Positions 45,214-54,769 of a DNA stretch of 64,000 nucleotides are shown here, piece by piece. Every line of letters starts with the position of its first letter. The first letter of the stretch is position 1. The notes under the pieces were generated by a model that made no database searches, had not been told where the DNA came from, and saw only the letters and a program-made list of their open reading frames with translations. The translations under genes and the position numbers were made by a program. Source of the DNA: Clostridia bacterium (GTDB lineage Bacteria > Bacillota > Clostridia > Monoglobales > Monoglobaceae); NCBI GenBank assembly GCA_045631525.1, contig JAZQUY010000007.1, positions 28,899-92,898 on the forward strand. Direction: 5' to 3'.

Positions 45214-45966
45214 ATGGTGAGAATAGGTGTTTTGGACCTACGCCGGAAAAAATGCCCGTGGTGGTTTTTGGGGAAATATCAAAAAGAATTCATAATGTCT
45301 CCCGAAACTCCTTTTGAGGTGGTGGGAATAAGGATTCCGTGTAGCCAAGGGCGATTTGAAAAACTGAAGTCAAAAACAAGAAAAAAGCTTGTGGGAAAAG
45401 CAAAGAAAAGGCTCATCAAAGAGGGCGTAACAGAAATCGTTTTTTCAAAGACGCTGAAAAAATATTGTGAGGTTGACGGACTTTTTGACGAAAAAAGAAA
45501 GCAGATTTTTTTGTCTATGATTCCGGAATGTATACGGATTTTAACGGGAAAATATGGAATAAAGCTTCCCGCAAATGAAATCTGCATAAAGAATGCATTG
45601 ATGGACAGAATAAATGGGTATTTCTTAGACGAAATTTGCTATGATGCAGCAAAAATAAGAATATGTACCGAAAACACAGAAAAGGCGAAAGATATTTGCG
45701 AGAGGTTTTATGAAGACACTGGTCTTTCGGTGCGGGTTACGAAAAATTCCGAAACTTCCGATGCGGATATTTTCATTGATGCTGATTTTATGCGGCTTCG
45801 CATAGGGGCAGATATCCTGATTGACGGCAATGAATTTGAGATGTGGTTGGGCGATTACTTCGTTGATTGTCTGGATGTTGCGACTTGTGTCAGAAATGTA
45901 GATTTCCGCAAGAGAATTTTGTCATATTTTTCGGGCAAAAAAAAGTTGACTTTATACCAAGGATGA
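45214..45966 (+). CDS. Hypothetical protein
   Basis: 250 aa ORF with a good RBS (GGAGAG, 9 nt spacing) and no recognisable motif. Confidence 0.45.
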   Translation: MVRIGVLDLRRKKCPWWFLGKYQKEFIMSPETPFEVVGIRIPCSQGRFEKLKSKTRKKLVGKAKKRLIKEGVTEIVFSKTLKKYCEVDGLFDEKRKQIFLSMIPECIRILTGKYGIKLPANEICIKNALMDRINGYFLDEICYDAAKIRICTENTEKAKDICERFYEDTGLSVRVTKNSETSDADIFIDADFMRLRIGADILIDGNEFEMWLGDYFVDCLDVATCVRNVDFRKRILSYFSGKKKLTLYQG

Positions 45967-45974
45967 TATATAAT
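45946..45974 (+). promoter_or_regulatory. Promoter of greA-lysS
   Basis: TTGACT-17 nt-TATAAT, overlapping the end of the preceding ORF. Confidence 0.5.
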
Positions 45975-46071
45975 ATATAAATTGTGTGAACAAAATGATG
46001 CGTTAGAGCGCTTTATCCGCCCACGGTAAGGCAAGACAAATTATTATGTGGGCAGGAAGGCAAGAAATAAA

Positions 46072-46548
46072 ATGGATAACAAACAGATTATGCTTACCGA
46101 TGAAGGACTTTTGAAACTTGAGCAGGAGCTTGAAAACCTCAAGACAAAAAAGCGTCAGGAAGTGGCTGAGAAAATAAAGGTAGCCCGTGGCTTTGGCGAT
46201 TTGTCAGAAAATTCTGAATATGACGCTGCCAAAGAAGAACAGGCGCAGGTTGAGGCAAGAATTGTTCAGCTTGAAAATATGCTCAAAAACGCAAAAGTTA
46301 TTGACAACGACGAAATTGATCTTACCACAGTCAGCATAGGAACACGTGTGACAGTTTTTGATGAAGAATTTGAAGAAGAAATTGAATACAGCATTGTGGG
46401 TTCAACCGAGGCTGACCCTGATGCATTCAAAATTTCTGATGAGTCACCTGTAGGCAGAGCTCTTATCGGCAAAAAAATTGATGACATTGTGGATGTTGAA
46501 ACTCCTGGTGGAGTTATTAAATTCAAGATATTAAGCATAAACAAATAG
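46072..46548 (+). CDS. greA: Transcription elongation factor GreA
   Basis: [17 protein letters not shown]...[20 protein letters not shown] coiled-coil finger plus C-terminal FKBP-like domain. Confidence 0.9.
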   Translation: MDNKQIMLTDEGLLKLEQELENLKTKKRQEVAEKIKVARGFGDLSENSEYDAAKEEQAQVEARIVQLENMLKNAKVIDNDEIDLTTVSIGTRVTVFDEEFEEEIEYSIVGSTEADPDAFKISDESPVGRALIGKKIDDIVDVETPGGVIKFKILSINK

Positions 46549-46562
46549 ATAGGAGAATTAAC

Positions 46563-48062
46563 GTGAACGAAAACAACAGACAAAATGAGCAGGTTCAGGA
46601 TATTGGTCAGCTTATGAAGGTTAGACGTGAAAAGCTTGCAGAACTTCAGGAAATGGGTGAAGATCCTTTTGAGGTCACAACCTATGACAGAAATGCATAC
46701 ACCAAAGATATCATTGAAAAGTTTGAAGAATATGAAGGAAAGACTGTCAGCATCGCAGGACGCCTTATGTCAAAGCGCGTTATGGGAAAGGCTTCTTTCT
46801 TTGATCTCAGAGACATAAACGGAAAGGTTCAGCTTTATGTTACCCGTGACGATATGGGTGAAGAGGCTTACAGAAAATTCAAAAGACTTGATATTGGTGA
46901 CATCGTGGGCGTTAAGGGTGAAGTTTTCAGAACTCAGAAGGGTGAAATTTCTGTGAGAACAAATGAATATGTTCTTCTCAGCAAATCGCTCCAGCCACTG
47001 CCCGAAAAATTCCATGGAATGACAAATACAGACCTGAGATACAGACAACGTTATATTGATATTATTATGAACGAGGACGTGAAGGACACCTTCATTAAAC
47101 GTTCAAAAATTATATCAACAATCCGCAAATATTTGGATGCGCAAGGTTTTCTTGAAGTTGAAACACCAATGCTGGTGGCAAATGCTGGTGGTGCTGCTGC
47201 ACGTCCTTTTGAAACCCACTTCAATGCTCTTGACGAGGATTTCAAACTGAGAATCTCTCTCGAACTTTACTTAAAGAGGCTGATTGTCGGCGGACTTGAA
47301 AAGGTCTATGAAATCGGCAGAGTTTTCCGCAATGAGGGCCTTGATACAAGACATAATCCTGAGTTTACACTTATGGAGCTCTATCAGGCGTACACAGACT
47401 ATCACGGCATGATGGATTTGACAGAGAATCTGTTCCGCCATGTTGCAAATGAGGTTCTCGGCACTACAAAGATTTCTTATAACGGCGTTGAAATGGATCT
47501 TGGCAAGCCTTTTGAAAGAATAACTATGGTTGAGGCAGTTAAGAAATATTCAGGCGTTGATTTTGACCTTATCAAAGATGCAGACGAGGCAAAGAAAGTT
47601 GCGGACGAGCATCATGTTGAATATGAGAAACACCACAAAAAGGGCGATATTTTGAATCTGTTCTTTGAGGAGTTTGTTGAGGAACACCTGATTCAGCCTA
47701 CATTTGTTATGGACCATCCAATTGAAATTTCTCCTCTCACAAAGAAAAAGCCGGGCAACCCCGATTATGTTGAGAGATTTGAGTTCTTTATGAACGGATG
47801 GGAAATGGCAAATGCTTATTCCGAACTTAATGACCCCATTGACCAGAGAGAGCGTTTCAAGGCGCAGGAAGAACTTCTGGCCCTGGGCGACAGCGAAGCA
47901 AACACCACCGATGAGGATTTCATGAAGGCTCTGGAAATCGGTATGCCCCCAACGGGAGGAATCGGTTACGGCATCGACAGAATGACAATGCTCCTGACAG
48001 ATTCAGCAGCAATCCGTGATGTGTTGCTTTTCCCAACAATGAAGCCACTTGAAAATAAATAA
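46563..48062 (+). CDS. lysS: Lysine-tRNA ligase (class II)
   Basis: OB-fold anticodon domain, class II motifs (FRNEGLDTRHNPEFTLMELYQAY; GGIGYGIDRMTMLLT). GTG start after AGGAG. Confidence 0.9.
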   Translation: MNENNRQNEQVQDIGQLMKVRREKLAELQEMGEDPFEVTTYDRNAYTKDIIEKFEEYEGKTVSIAGRLMSKRVMGKASFFDLRDINGKVQLYVTRDDMGEEAYRKFKRLDIGDIVGVKGEVFRTQKGEISVRTNEYVLLSKSLQPLPEKFHGMTNTDLRYRQRYIDIIMNEDVKDTFIKRSKIISTIRKYLDAQGFLEVETPMLVANAGGAAARPFETHFNALDEDFKLRISLELYLKRLIVGGLEKVYEIGRVFRNEGLDTRHNPEFTLMELYQAYTDYHGMMDLTENLFRHVANEVLGTTKISYNGVEMDLGKPFERITMVEAVKKYSGVDFDLIKDADEAKKVADEHHVEYEKHHKKGDILNLFFEEFVEEHLIQPTFVMDHPIEISPLTKKKPGNPDYVERFEFFMNGWEMANAYSELNDPIDQRERFKAQEELLALGDSEANTTDEDFMKALEIGMPPTGGIGYGIDRMTMLLTDSAAIRDVLLFPTMKPLENK

Positions 48063-48072
48063 TCTAAGCTAT

Positions 48073-48108
48073 AAAAGCCGTATCGCATCAGATGCGGCTT
48101 TTAGTTTT
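48073..48108 (+). terminator. Terminator after lysS
   Basis: AAAAGCCG...CGGCTTTT stem followed by AGTTTT. Confidence 0.65.
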
Positions 48109-48118
48109 GTAGGTGCTA

Positions 48119-48148
48119 TTGACGTGACTGGCTATGTGGTGGTATAAT
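48119..48148 (+). promoter_or_regulatory. Promoter of the metF-metH operon
   Basis: TTGACG-18 nt-TATAAT, only about 30 nt upstream of the metF ATG, so there is no room for a riboswitch. Confidence 0.5.
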
Positions 48149-48178
48149 TCATATATTAAGCCATTATGGAGTGAAATT

Positions 48179-49057
48179 ATGAAAATTATAGATTTGATTA
48201 CAAAAGATACGTTGTCACTTTCTTTTGAGGTGTTTCCGCCAAAGACAGAAACAAGCTTTGAAAGTGTGAAAACGGCAACCGAGGAAATTGCAAAGCTTAA
48301 GCCCTCGTTTATGAGCGTTACATATGGTGCAGGTGGCGGAACAAGCAAATATACTCTTGATATTGCAAAAAACATAAAAGAACTTTATGGCGTGCCGACT
48401 CTTGCGCATCTTACCTGTGTTTCATCCACAAGGGAAACTGTTCGTAATAAAATAGCGGAAATAAAGAATGCCGGGATACAAAACGTTATGGCGCTTCGGG
48501 GTGATATTCCCGAAACACTAAAAAATGAAGACAGAAGCAAGTGGGATTTTCAGTATGCCATTGACCTTATAACAGAACTTAAAGAGGCGGATGCGGACTT
48601 TTGCATTGGTTGTGCTTGTTATCCCGAGGTTCACCCTGAAAGCGAGAATCAGAAAGAGGACATAAAACGTCTTCACGAAAAGGTTGATGCAGGGTGCGAT
48701 TTTATTACCACACAAATGTTTTTTGACAACAATCTTCTCTATAATTTCCTTTATAAAATCCGGGAAGCAGGAATAACTGTTCCGGTAATACCAGGTATTA
48801 TGCCAATTACAAATGCAAATCAGGTTGAAAGAGCGATAACCCTTTCGGGTTCGTTTATGCCGCAAAGATTCAAAAGCCTGGTGGACAAATTCGGTTCGGA
48901 CCCTGATGCGATGAAGCAGGCGGGAATCGCTTATGCTACCGACCAGATTATAGATTTGTATGCCAACAATATAACAAATGTTCACGTATATTCAATGAAC
49001 AAGCCGGATGTAGCGAAAAAGATTCAGGATAATCTTTCGGATATTTTGGGAAAATGA
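48179..49057 (+). CDS. metF: 5,10-methylenetetrahydrofolate reductase
   Basis: SFEVFPPKT, SVTYGAGGGT, LAHLTC, TQMFFD family motifs. Confidence 0.85.
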   Translation: MKIIDLITKDTLSLSFEVFPPKTETSFESVKTATEEIAKLKPSFMSVTYGAGGGTSKYTLDIAKNIKELYGVPTLAHLTCVSSTRETVRNKIAEIKNAGIQNVMALRGDIPETLKNEDRSKWDFQYAIDLITELKEADADFCIGCACYPEVHPESENQKEDIKRLHEKVDAGCDFITTQMFFDNNLLYNFLYKIREAGITVPVIPGIMPITNANQVERAITLSGSFMPQRFKSLVDKFGSDPDAMKQAGIAYATDQIIDLYANNITNVHVYSMNKPDVAKKIQDNLSDILGK

Positions 49058-49722
49058 ATTCAGTAGTTATAACAAAAACTTATGATGCGCCGACCTTTTG
49101 TGAAAAAGAGGCACTTCGGTATGCCGGATGCAAAGAGGCGGATAAAAATATAATAGAACTTTTAAATGCGTGCAAAAAAGAGGCTTGGGAAAAGCTTTCC
49201 TACAAGGTATGCTATATAGAGCTTGGCGTAAAGATGGATGGGGAAATTTGTGATTTTGGGTTTTTCAGCGTAAAATCCCGTGACCTTTCAAAGAATCTTT
49301 GTGGGTGCAAAAGGGCTATTTTGTTTTCAGCAACCATCGGGATTGAAATTGACAGGCTCATAGCAAAATACGGACGAATTTCACCCACCAAAGCTTTGAT
49401 GTTTCAAGCTATCGGAGCTGAACGTATAGAGGCTTTGTGCGATGCTTTCTGCAAGGAGATTGAAAAAGAAAAAGACGTCAGTCTAAAACCCCGATTCAGC
49501 CCGGGATATGGGGATTTGGGGCTTTTGGTGCAAAAAGAAGTTTCTGCAGTTTTGAAGCTTTCGAAAAATATTGGCGTTACTTTAAATGACAGCCTTTTGC
49601 TTTCGCCGTCAAAATCTGTTACGGCATTTGCGGGTGTAGTTGAGGGGAAAGATTTTGCCACGACAAACAAATGTGAGGCATGCGGGGAAAAAGATTGTAT
49701 GTTCAAAGAGGTGAAAAAATGA
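49054..49722 (+). CDS. Stand-alone methionine-synthase activation (AdoMet-binding, Met_synt_B12-like) domain protein
   Basis: 222 aa with RFSPGYGDL motif. Start and stop are both translationally coupled (ATGA) to metF and metH. Confidence 0.7.
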   Translation: MNSVVITKTYDAPTFCEKEALRYAGCKEADKNIIELLNACKKEAWEKLSYKVCYIELGVKMDGEICDFGFFSVKSRDLSKNLCGCKRAILFSATIGIEIDRLIAKYGRISPTKALMFQAIGAERIEALCDAFCKEIEKEKDVSLKPRFSPGYGDLGLLVQKEVSAVLKLSKNIGVTLNDSLLLSPSKSVTAFAGVVEGKDFATTNKCEACGEKDCMFKEVKK

Positions 49723-52121
49723 ACTTTCGGGATTTTTTGAAAGAAAATATAGTTTATCTTGACGGGGGTATGGGTACTCTGCTTCAGGGGTTTGGACTTG
49801 CTCCTGGCGAGTTTCCTGAGCGGTGGAATATTTCCCATCCTGAAATAATCACAAAAATTCACAAAGGGTATTTTGATGCAGGCAGCAATGTAGTATCTAC
49901 CAATACCTTTGGGGCAAACTGTATTAAATTTTCGGACGGCGAGCTTGAAGAAATAATAAAAGCTGCCGTTGAAAATGTAAAACAGGCAAGTGACGAGAGT
50001 TCGTCAAAAAGAGAAAAATTTATTGCCCTTGATATTGGTCCCACAGGGAAAATGTTAAAGCCTTTTGGTGACCTTGATTTTGAAGATGCGGTTGAGGTTT
50101 TTGCGAAAACCGTGCGGCTTGGCGCAAAATGCGGGGTTGACCTTATACTCATTGAAACAATGAACGATAGCTATGAAACGAAAGCGGCACTTCTTGCGGC
50201 AAAAGAGAATAGCAGCCTTCCGGTGCTTGTTTCAAATGCATATGGGGAGGACAAAAAGCTTATGACCGGAGCGACGCCTTCGGCTATGGTTGCTCTTCTT
50301 GAGGGGATGGGTGCTGATGCAATAGGTGCAAATTGCTCTCTTGGTCCCATTCAGCTCCGCGAAGTGGTTTATGAACTTCTTGACAAGGCTTCTGTTCCGG
50401 TACTTGTGAAGCCCAATGCGGGACTTCCAAAAGTGGTGGACGGAAAGACTGTTTTTGATGTGGATGCCATTGATTTTGCAAATGAAGTTTCGGACTTTAT
50501 AAGACGCGGTGTGCGTGTAGCAGGCGGTTGCTGTGGTACCACCCCTGAATATATAAGTGAGCTTGTGAAATCAAGCGGGGATATTTTTCCAAAGGCTATC
50601 TCCGACAAAGAAATCACTGTTGTTTCATCATATACACATGCCGTTGAATTTGGCAAAAGTCCGATTCTTATAGGAGAAAGGATAAACCCAACTGGCAAAA
50701 AACGTCTCAAGCAGGCGCTGATTGAACAGGATATGGAATATATCCTCACAGAAGGGGTAAATCAGCAGGATAAAGGTGTTCACATACTTGATGTGAACGT
50801 GGGGCTTCCTGAAATAAATGAAAAGGAAATGCTTGAGAATGCAGTGTGTGAGATTCAGTCGGTTATAAATTTGCCGCTCCAGATAGACACAGCTGACTTT
50901 GAGGCTATGGAAAGTGCTCTCAGACAATATAACGGAAAGGCACTTATCAACTCGGTAAACGGCAAGAAAGAGAGTATGGAAAAGGTTTTTCCTCTTGTCA
51001 AAAAGTACGGAGGCGTGGTTATTGCACTCACACTTGATGAAAATGGAATACCAAACACCGCAGAGGGTAGATTCCGAATAGCAGAAAAAATTTTAGAGAC
51101 CGCCAGGGAGTTTGGAATAGGTAAGAAAAATATAGTTTTTGATACCCTTGCTATGGCAATAAGTGCAGAAAAGTGTGCGGCGCGTGAAACCCTTGGGGCG
51201 CTTAAGATGATAAAAGAACAGCTTGGATGCCACACATCTTTGGGAGTATCAAACGTGTCCTTTGGACTTCCAAATCGTGATGCGGTGAACAGTACATTTT
51301 TTGCTCTTGCTCTCAGCAATGGCCTTTCGGCGGCTATTATGAATCCACATTCTGCTGATATGATGAAGACATATTATTCATATAAGGCCCTGTCGGGTCT
51401 TGATGAGAATTGTGCTGATTATATCGGTGCGGCAGAAACTTTTGTTCAAGTTCCGGTTGGTACAGCAACAGACGCTAAAAAAGTTTCAGCTTCAGGCGAA
51501 GCAGTGACGCTCGCGCAGGCAATAGAAAAAGGTTTCAAAGAAAAAGCCGGCGAAATAACGTCAGAGCTTCTCGAAAACACGTTGCCCCTTGAAATTGTTC
51601 AAAACGAAATTATTCCAGCCCTCAACAAGGTTGGGGAGGGTTTTGAAAACAAAAAGGTTTATCTTCCCGGGCTTCTTATGAGTGCTGAGGCGGCGAAAAG
51701 TGCTTTTGAGAAAATAAAGGATTTTATGAAAGGCTCAAATGAAAAGTCCGTGTCAAAGGGAACTGTTATTATTGCCACTGTCAAAGGGGATATTCACGAT
51801 ATAGGAAAGAACATCGTGAAGCTTCTTCTTGAAAATTATGGCTTCGATGTTATTGATATGGGGAAGGATGTTCCTCCCGCAAAGATTGTTGAAATTGTTG
51901 TGGAAAAAGAATGTGCCCTTGTGGGACTAAGTGCCCTTATGACCACCACTGTTCCTGCAATGGAAGAAACAATAAGACAACTGAAAGAATGTGCACCATG
52001 GTGCAAAACGGTTGTGGGAGGGGCTGTACTCACCAAGGATTATGCCGAAAAAATCGGGGCAGATAAATATGCTAAAGATGCGATGGAAACAGTTCGCTAT
52101 GCTGAAAGCATCTTTGCATAA
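49719..52121 (+). CDS. metH: Cobalamin-dependent methionine synthase lacking the activation domain (Hcy-binding, pterin-binding, B12-cap and B12-binding modules)
   Basis: Hcy S-methyltransferase (GGMGT, GGCCGTTPE), pterin-binding (LINSVNG, SNVSFGLP), B12 motif GDIHDIGKNIV...SALMTTT; 800 aa. Confidence 0.85.
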   Translation: MNFRDFLKENIVYLDGGMGTLLQGFGLAPGEFPERWNISHPEIITKIHKGYFDAGSNVVSTNTFGANCIKFSDGELEEIIKAAVENVKQASDESSSKREKFIALDIGPTGKMLKPFGDLDFEDAVEVFAKTVRLGAKCGVDLILIETMNDSYETKAALLAAKENSSLPVLVSNAYGEDKKLMTGATPSAMVALLEGMGADAIGANCSLGPIQLREVVYELLDKASVPVLVKPNAGLPKVVDGKTVFDVDAIDFANEVSDFIRRGVRVAGGCCGTTPEYISELVKSSGDIFPKAISDKEITVVSSYTHAVEFGKSPILIGERINPTGKKRLKQALIEQDMEYILTEGVNQQDKGVHILDVNVGLPEINEKEMLENAVCEIQSVINLPLQIDTADFEAMESALRQYNGKALINSVNGKKESMEKVFPLVKKYGGVVIALTLDENGIPNTAEGRFRIAEKILETAREFGIGKKNIVFDTLAMAISAEKCAARETLGALKMIKEQLGCHTSLGVSNVSFGLPNRDAVNSTFFALALSNGLSAAIMNPHSADMMKTYYSYKALSGLDENCADYIGAAETFVQVPVGTATDAKKVSASGEAVTLAQAIEKGFKEKAGEITSELLENTLPLEIVQNEIIPALNKVGEGFENKKVYLPGLLMSAEAAKSAFEKIKDFMKGSNEKSVSKGTVIIATVKGDIHDIGKNIVKLLLENYGFDVIDMGKDVPPAKIVEIVVEKECALVGLSALMTTTVPAMEETIRQLKECAPWCKTVVGGAVLTKDYAEKIGADKYAKDAMETVRYAESIFA

Positions 52122-52173
52122 AGTTAAAATGTTAAAAATTAAACCTTACATTAAAGAAAGAAGGACATAAAAA

Positions 52174-53202
52174 ATGAATATGATTTTTGAAAGAAAACTG
52201 CCGATACCAAAGGAAGTGAAAGAGATTTATCCCTTGTCGCCTGACCTTGAAAAAGTGGTTAGTGAAAGAGCAAAAGAGTTAAGGAATATTTTTACCGGAA
52301 AATCAGACAGACTGGTGCTTGTTATAGGACCGTGTTCCGCAGATAATGAAGACAGCGTTATTGATTATATATCAAGGCTGAGAGAGACGCAGGAAAAGGT
52401 AAAGGACAAAATATTTATTGTTCCAAGGATATATACCAACAAACCAAGAACAACCGGTGATGGCTATAAGGGTATGCTCCACCAGCCTGACCCCAATGAA
52501 AAACCTGATATGTACAAGGGCATTGTTGCAATACGTGAACTGCATATCCGTGCCCTTCGTGAGACGGGATTTTCCTGTGCGGATGAAATGCTTTACCCCG
52601 AAAATTACAGGTATTTAAATGATATACTGGCGTATGTTGCAATCGGTGCTCGTTCAGTGGAAAACCAGCAGCACAGACTTGCATCAAGTGGACTTGACAT
52701 TCCGGTGGGAATGAAGAATCCCACCAGTGGTGATATTTCTGTTATGATGAATTCAATCACTGCTGCACAGCATAAACATACCTTTATTTATAGAGGTTGG
52801 GAGGTTCATTCGGAGGGTAATGATTTAGTCCACGCAATCCTCCGGGGATATGTGAACAAGCACGGCCAGTCAATGCCCAACTATCACTATGAAGATTTGG
52901 TACACTTATGCGAAACCTATGAAAAATCTGGTCTTTTGAACCCTGGAGTTATTGTGGATACAAACCACGCCAATTCGGGCAAAAAGTATATGGAGCAGAT
53001 AAGAATTGCAAAAGAGGTTCTTCACAGCTGTCGTCATGATGCCGATGTGAAAAAATTAGTTAAAGGCTTTATGATTGAAAGCTATATCGAAGACGGTGCG
53101 CAGAAAATAGGTGAGTGTATTTATGGCAAGTCAATCACTGACCCGTGCCTTGGCTGGGAAAAGACGGAAAGACTTATTCTTGACATAGCTGACCTTTTGT
53201 AA
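52174..53202 (+). CDS. DAHP synthase, class I-alpha (AroF/G/H-like)
   Basis: 342 aa with LVLVIGPCSADNED, IYTNKPRTTGDGYKGM, IGARSVENQQHR, VDTNHANS. No terminator between it and metH. Confidence 0.8.
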   Translation: MNMIFERKLPIPKEVKEIYPLSPDLEKVVSERAKELRNIFTGKSDRLVLVIGPCSADNEDSVIDYISRLRETQEKVKDKIFIVPRIYTNKPRTTGDGYKGMLHQPDPNEKPDMYKGIVAIRELHIRALRETGFSCADEMLYPENYRYLNDILAYVAIGARSVENQQHRLASSGLDIPVGMKNPTSGDISVMMNSITAAQHKHTFIYRGWEVHSEGNDLVHAILRGYVNKHGQSMPNYHYEDLVHLCETYEKSGLLNPGVIVDTNHANSGKKYMEQIRIAKEVLHSCRHDADVKKLVKGFMIESYIEDGAQKIGECIYGKSITDPCLGWEKTERLILDIADLL

Positions 53203-53239
53203 TAGAATTTTTTAAAGCAAAGAGAAACAGGGTGTTTTT

Positions 53240-53869
53240 ATGGACAAACAAACACAAGAAGCGAAAGAGATTGTAAAAAATCTTTCGCCTAAAGAAAAAA
53301 TAAAATATTTTTGGTATTATTACAAAATACACACAATTTGTATCACCTTTGCGGTTATACTCATTGTCACAACCACTGCCCAGTGCATGAGGCAGACAAA
53401 GTATGATATGAATATTGCCTATTACAGTGTGAGACATATCGAACAGCCGCAACTTGATGCGTTTACAGACCTCTTGGAAACGGTGGCAGAGGATACCAAT
53501 GAAAATGGCTCTGTGGATGTTTTTATATCGTTTCTCTCAGGTGACATAACAGCAGAACTCCTTGACGAGTATGCACAAATGGGTTATCAGAAGATGCAGG
53601 TTGAGGTTGCAACGGATGAATATCAGAGCTTTATGCTGGATAGGGCTTATCTTGATATGATGGAAAGGCTTTATGGTGATGTTATAGACAGCGTTTTGGA
53701 AATAAGCAATATTCATGAGATACAAGAAACTCTTAAGCTTCCTGATGACGAAGAACTGTATCTTGTTACTACCAAAATGTTTGATAGGTCAAAGGAAGAT
53801 AAGGTTAAAGTGAACGAACACAAAAATGCGATAGTAATAAAAGAATACTTTGAACAAAAAATCAAATAA
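53240..53869 (+). CDS. Hypothetical membrane-anchored protein
   Basis: 209 aa with one N-terminal TM helix; no recognisable family. Confidence 0.45.
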   Translation: MDKQTQEAKEIVKNLSPKEKIKYFWYYYKIHTICITFAVILIVTTTAQCMRQTKYDMNIAYYSVRHIEQPQLDAFTDLLETVAEDTNENGSVDVFISFLSGDITAELLDEYAQMGYQKMQVEVATDEYQSFMLDRAYLDMMERLYGDVIDSVLEISNIHEIQETLKLPDDEELYLVTTKMFDRSKEDKVKVNEHKNAIVIKEYFEQKIK

Positions 53870-53872
53870 AAC

Positions 53873-53910
53873 AAAAAGGATACCCTTTAATTACGGGGCA
53901 TCCTTTTTTT
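53873..53910. terminator. Bidirectional terminator
   Basis: AAAAAGGAT-a-CCC...GGG-gc-ATCCTTTTTTT, between convergent genes. Confidence 0.65.
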
Positions 53911-53927
53911 CTTTGACAAATCAAAGG

Positions 53928-54134
53928 TTAGTCCATTTTGTCAACAATCGGTTCGTCCTTAAAGAAGAAAGAAATTGACCAAAGACCGGCAATACCTACA
54001 AGGGTAAATATTATACGGCTGATAAGAGAAAGCTGACCGCCGAAAAGCGAGGCAACAATGTCTATACCAAAAAGACCGATACTTCCCCAGTTGATTGCAC
54101 CGATTATGACAAGAATCAAAGCAATAACGTTCAT
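53928..54134 (-). CDS. DUF378-family small membrane protein
   Basis: 68 aa, two TM segments, IGAINWGSIGLFGIDIVASLFGG signature. AGGAG RBS. Confidence 0.7.
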   Translation of the reverse strand: MNVIALILVIIGAINWGSIGLFGIDIVASLFGGQLSLISRIIFTLVGIAGLWSISFFFKDEPIVDKMD

Positions 54135-54273
54135 ATCAGTAAACCGCTCCTTTTTTTATTGATTGATTTGTTCACTTTTATTTTGGCTTTAATGACAAAA
54201 AAGTATTCATCCATATTTTGAATAAAGGTTCAAGATTTGCAAACAATAAATAAAAAAGAAACGGACGTATTTT

Positions 54274-54708
54274 ATGATAAAAAAATTTATTTTTAAAATG
54301 TTTGCTGTGGCATCGGTATTTTTTGCTGCTTGTTTTATTGTGGGGAATTCAAAGGCTCTACAATTAAACAACAAAACCTATGAAAAGGGAAATGACAGTT
54401 CACACATTGAGACGGCAAGGGCAATCTCTTCTTTTGAGGGTGTTATTGACGCTGCGGTGATAAGTTATGAGGGAAAGACTATGGCAGGGGTAAGCATTGA
54501 TGAAAACTGCGACAAGGAAGAAGTTATTCTTTTTGCGGAGAGCGTTTTAAAACGGATTCTGGGTGAGAATGAGGCGTTTTATGTGTCGGTGGGAGACGAA
54601 ACGGCAGAAAAGATAATTGAGCTCAGCCTTTATCTTGATACGGATTTAGATAGGAAGGTACTTGAGCAGAGAACCCGTTTTTTGCTTCAAAAGAACAACA
54701 AAATTTGA
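54274..54708 (+). CDS. YhcN/YlaJ-like sporulation protein (tentative)
   Basis: Signal sequence plus the pattern IETARAISSFEGVIDAAVISYEGKTMAGVSID, reminiscent of the YhcN/YlaJ family. Confidence 0.35.
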   Translation: MIKKFIFKMFAVASVFFAACFIVGNSKALQLNNKTYEKGNDSSHIETARAISSFEGVIDAAVISYEGKTMAGVSIDENCDKEEVILFAESVLKRILGENEAFYVSVGDETAEKIIELSLYLDTDLDRKVLEQRTRFLLQKNNKI

Positions 54709-54769
54709 CAAAATTATTTTCTTGTGGTAAGATAAAATATATACAAATTTTCATTTGGAGTTGATAAAA

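Noticed and set aside
45975-46071. Imperfect stem TCCGCCCAC...GTGGGCAGGA in the greA 5' UTR, overlapping the RBS, considered as a translational control element.
   Set aside because: It is a single bulged 9 bp helix with a 23 nt loop and no supporting feature, which is not distinguishable from chance without comparative data.
48063-48178. A SAM (S-box) riboswitch was expected upstream of metF/metH.
   Set aside because: The interval holds only the lysS terminator and a promoter about 30 nt from the ATG, which is too short for any riboswitch aptamer.
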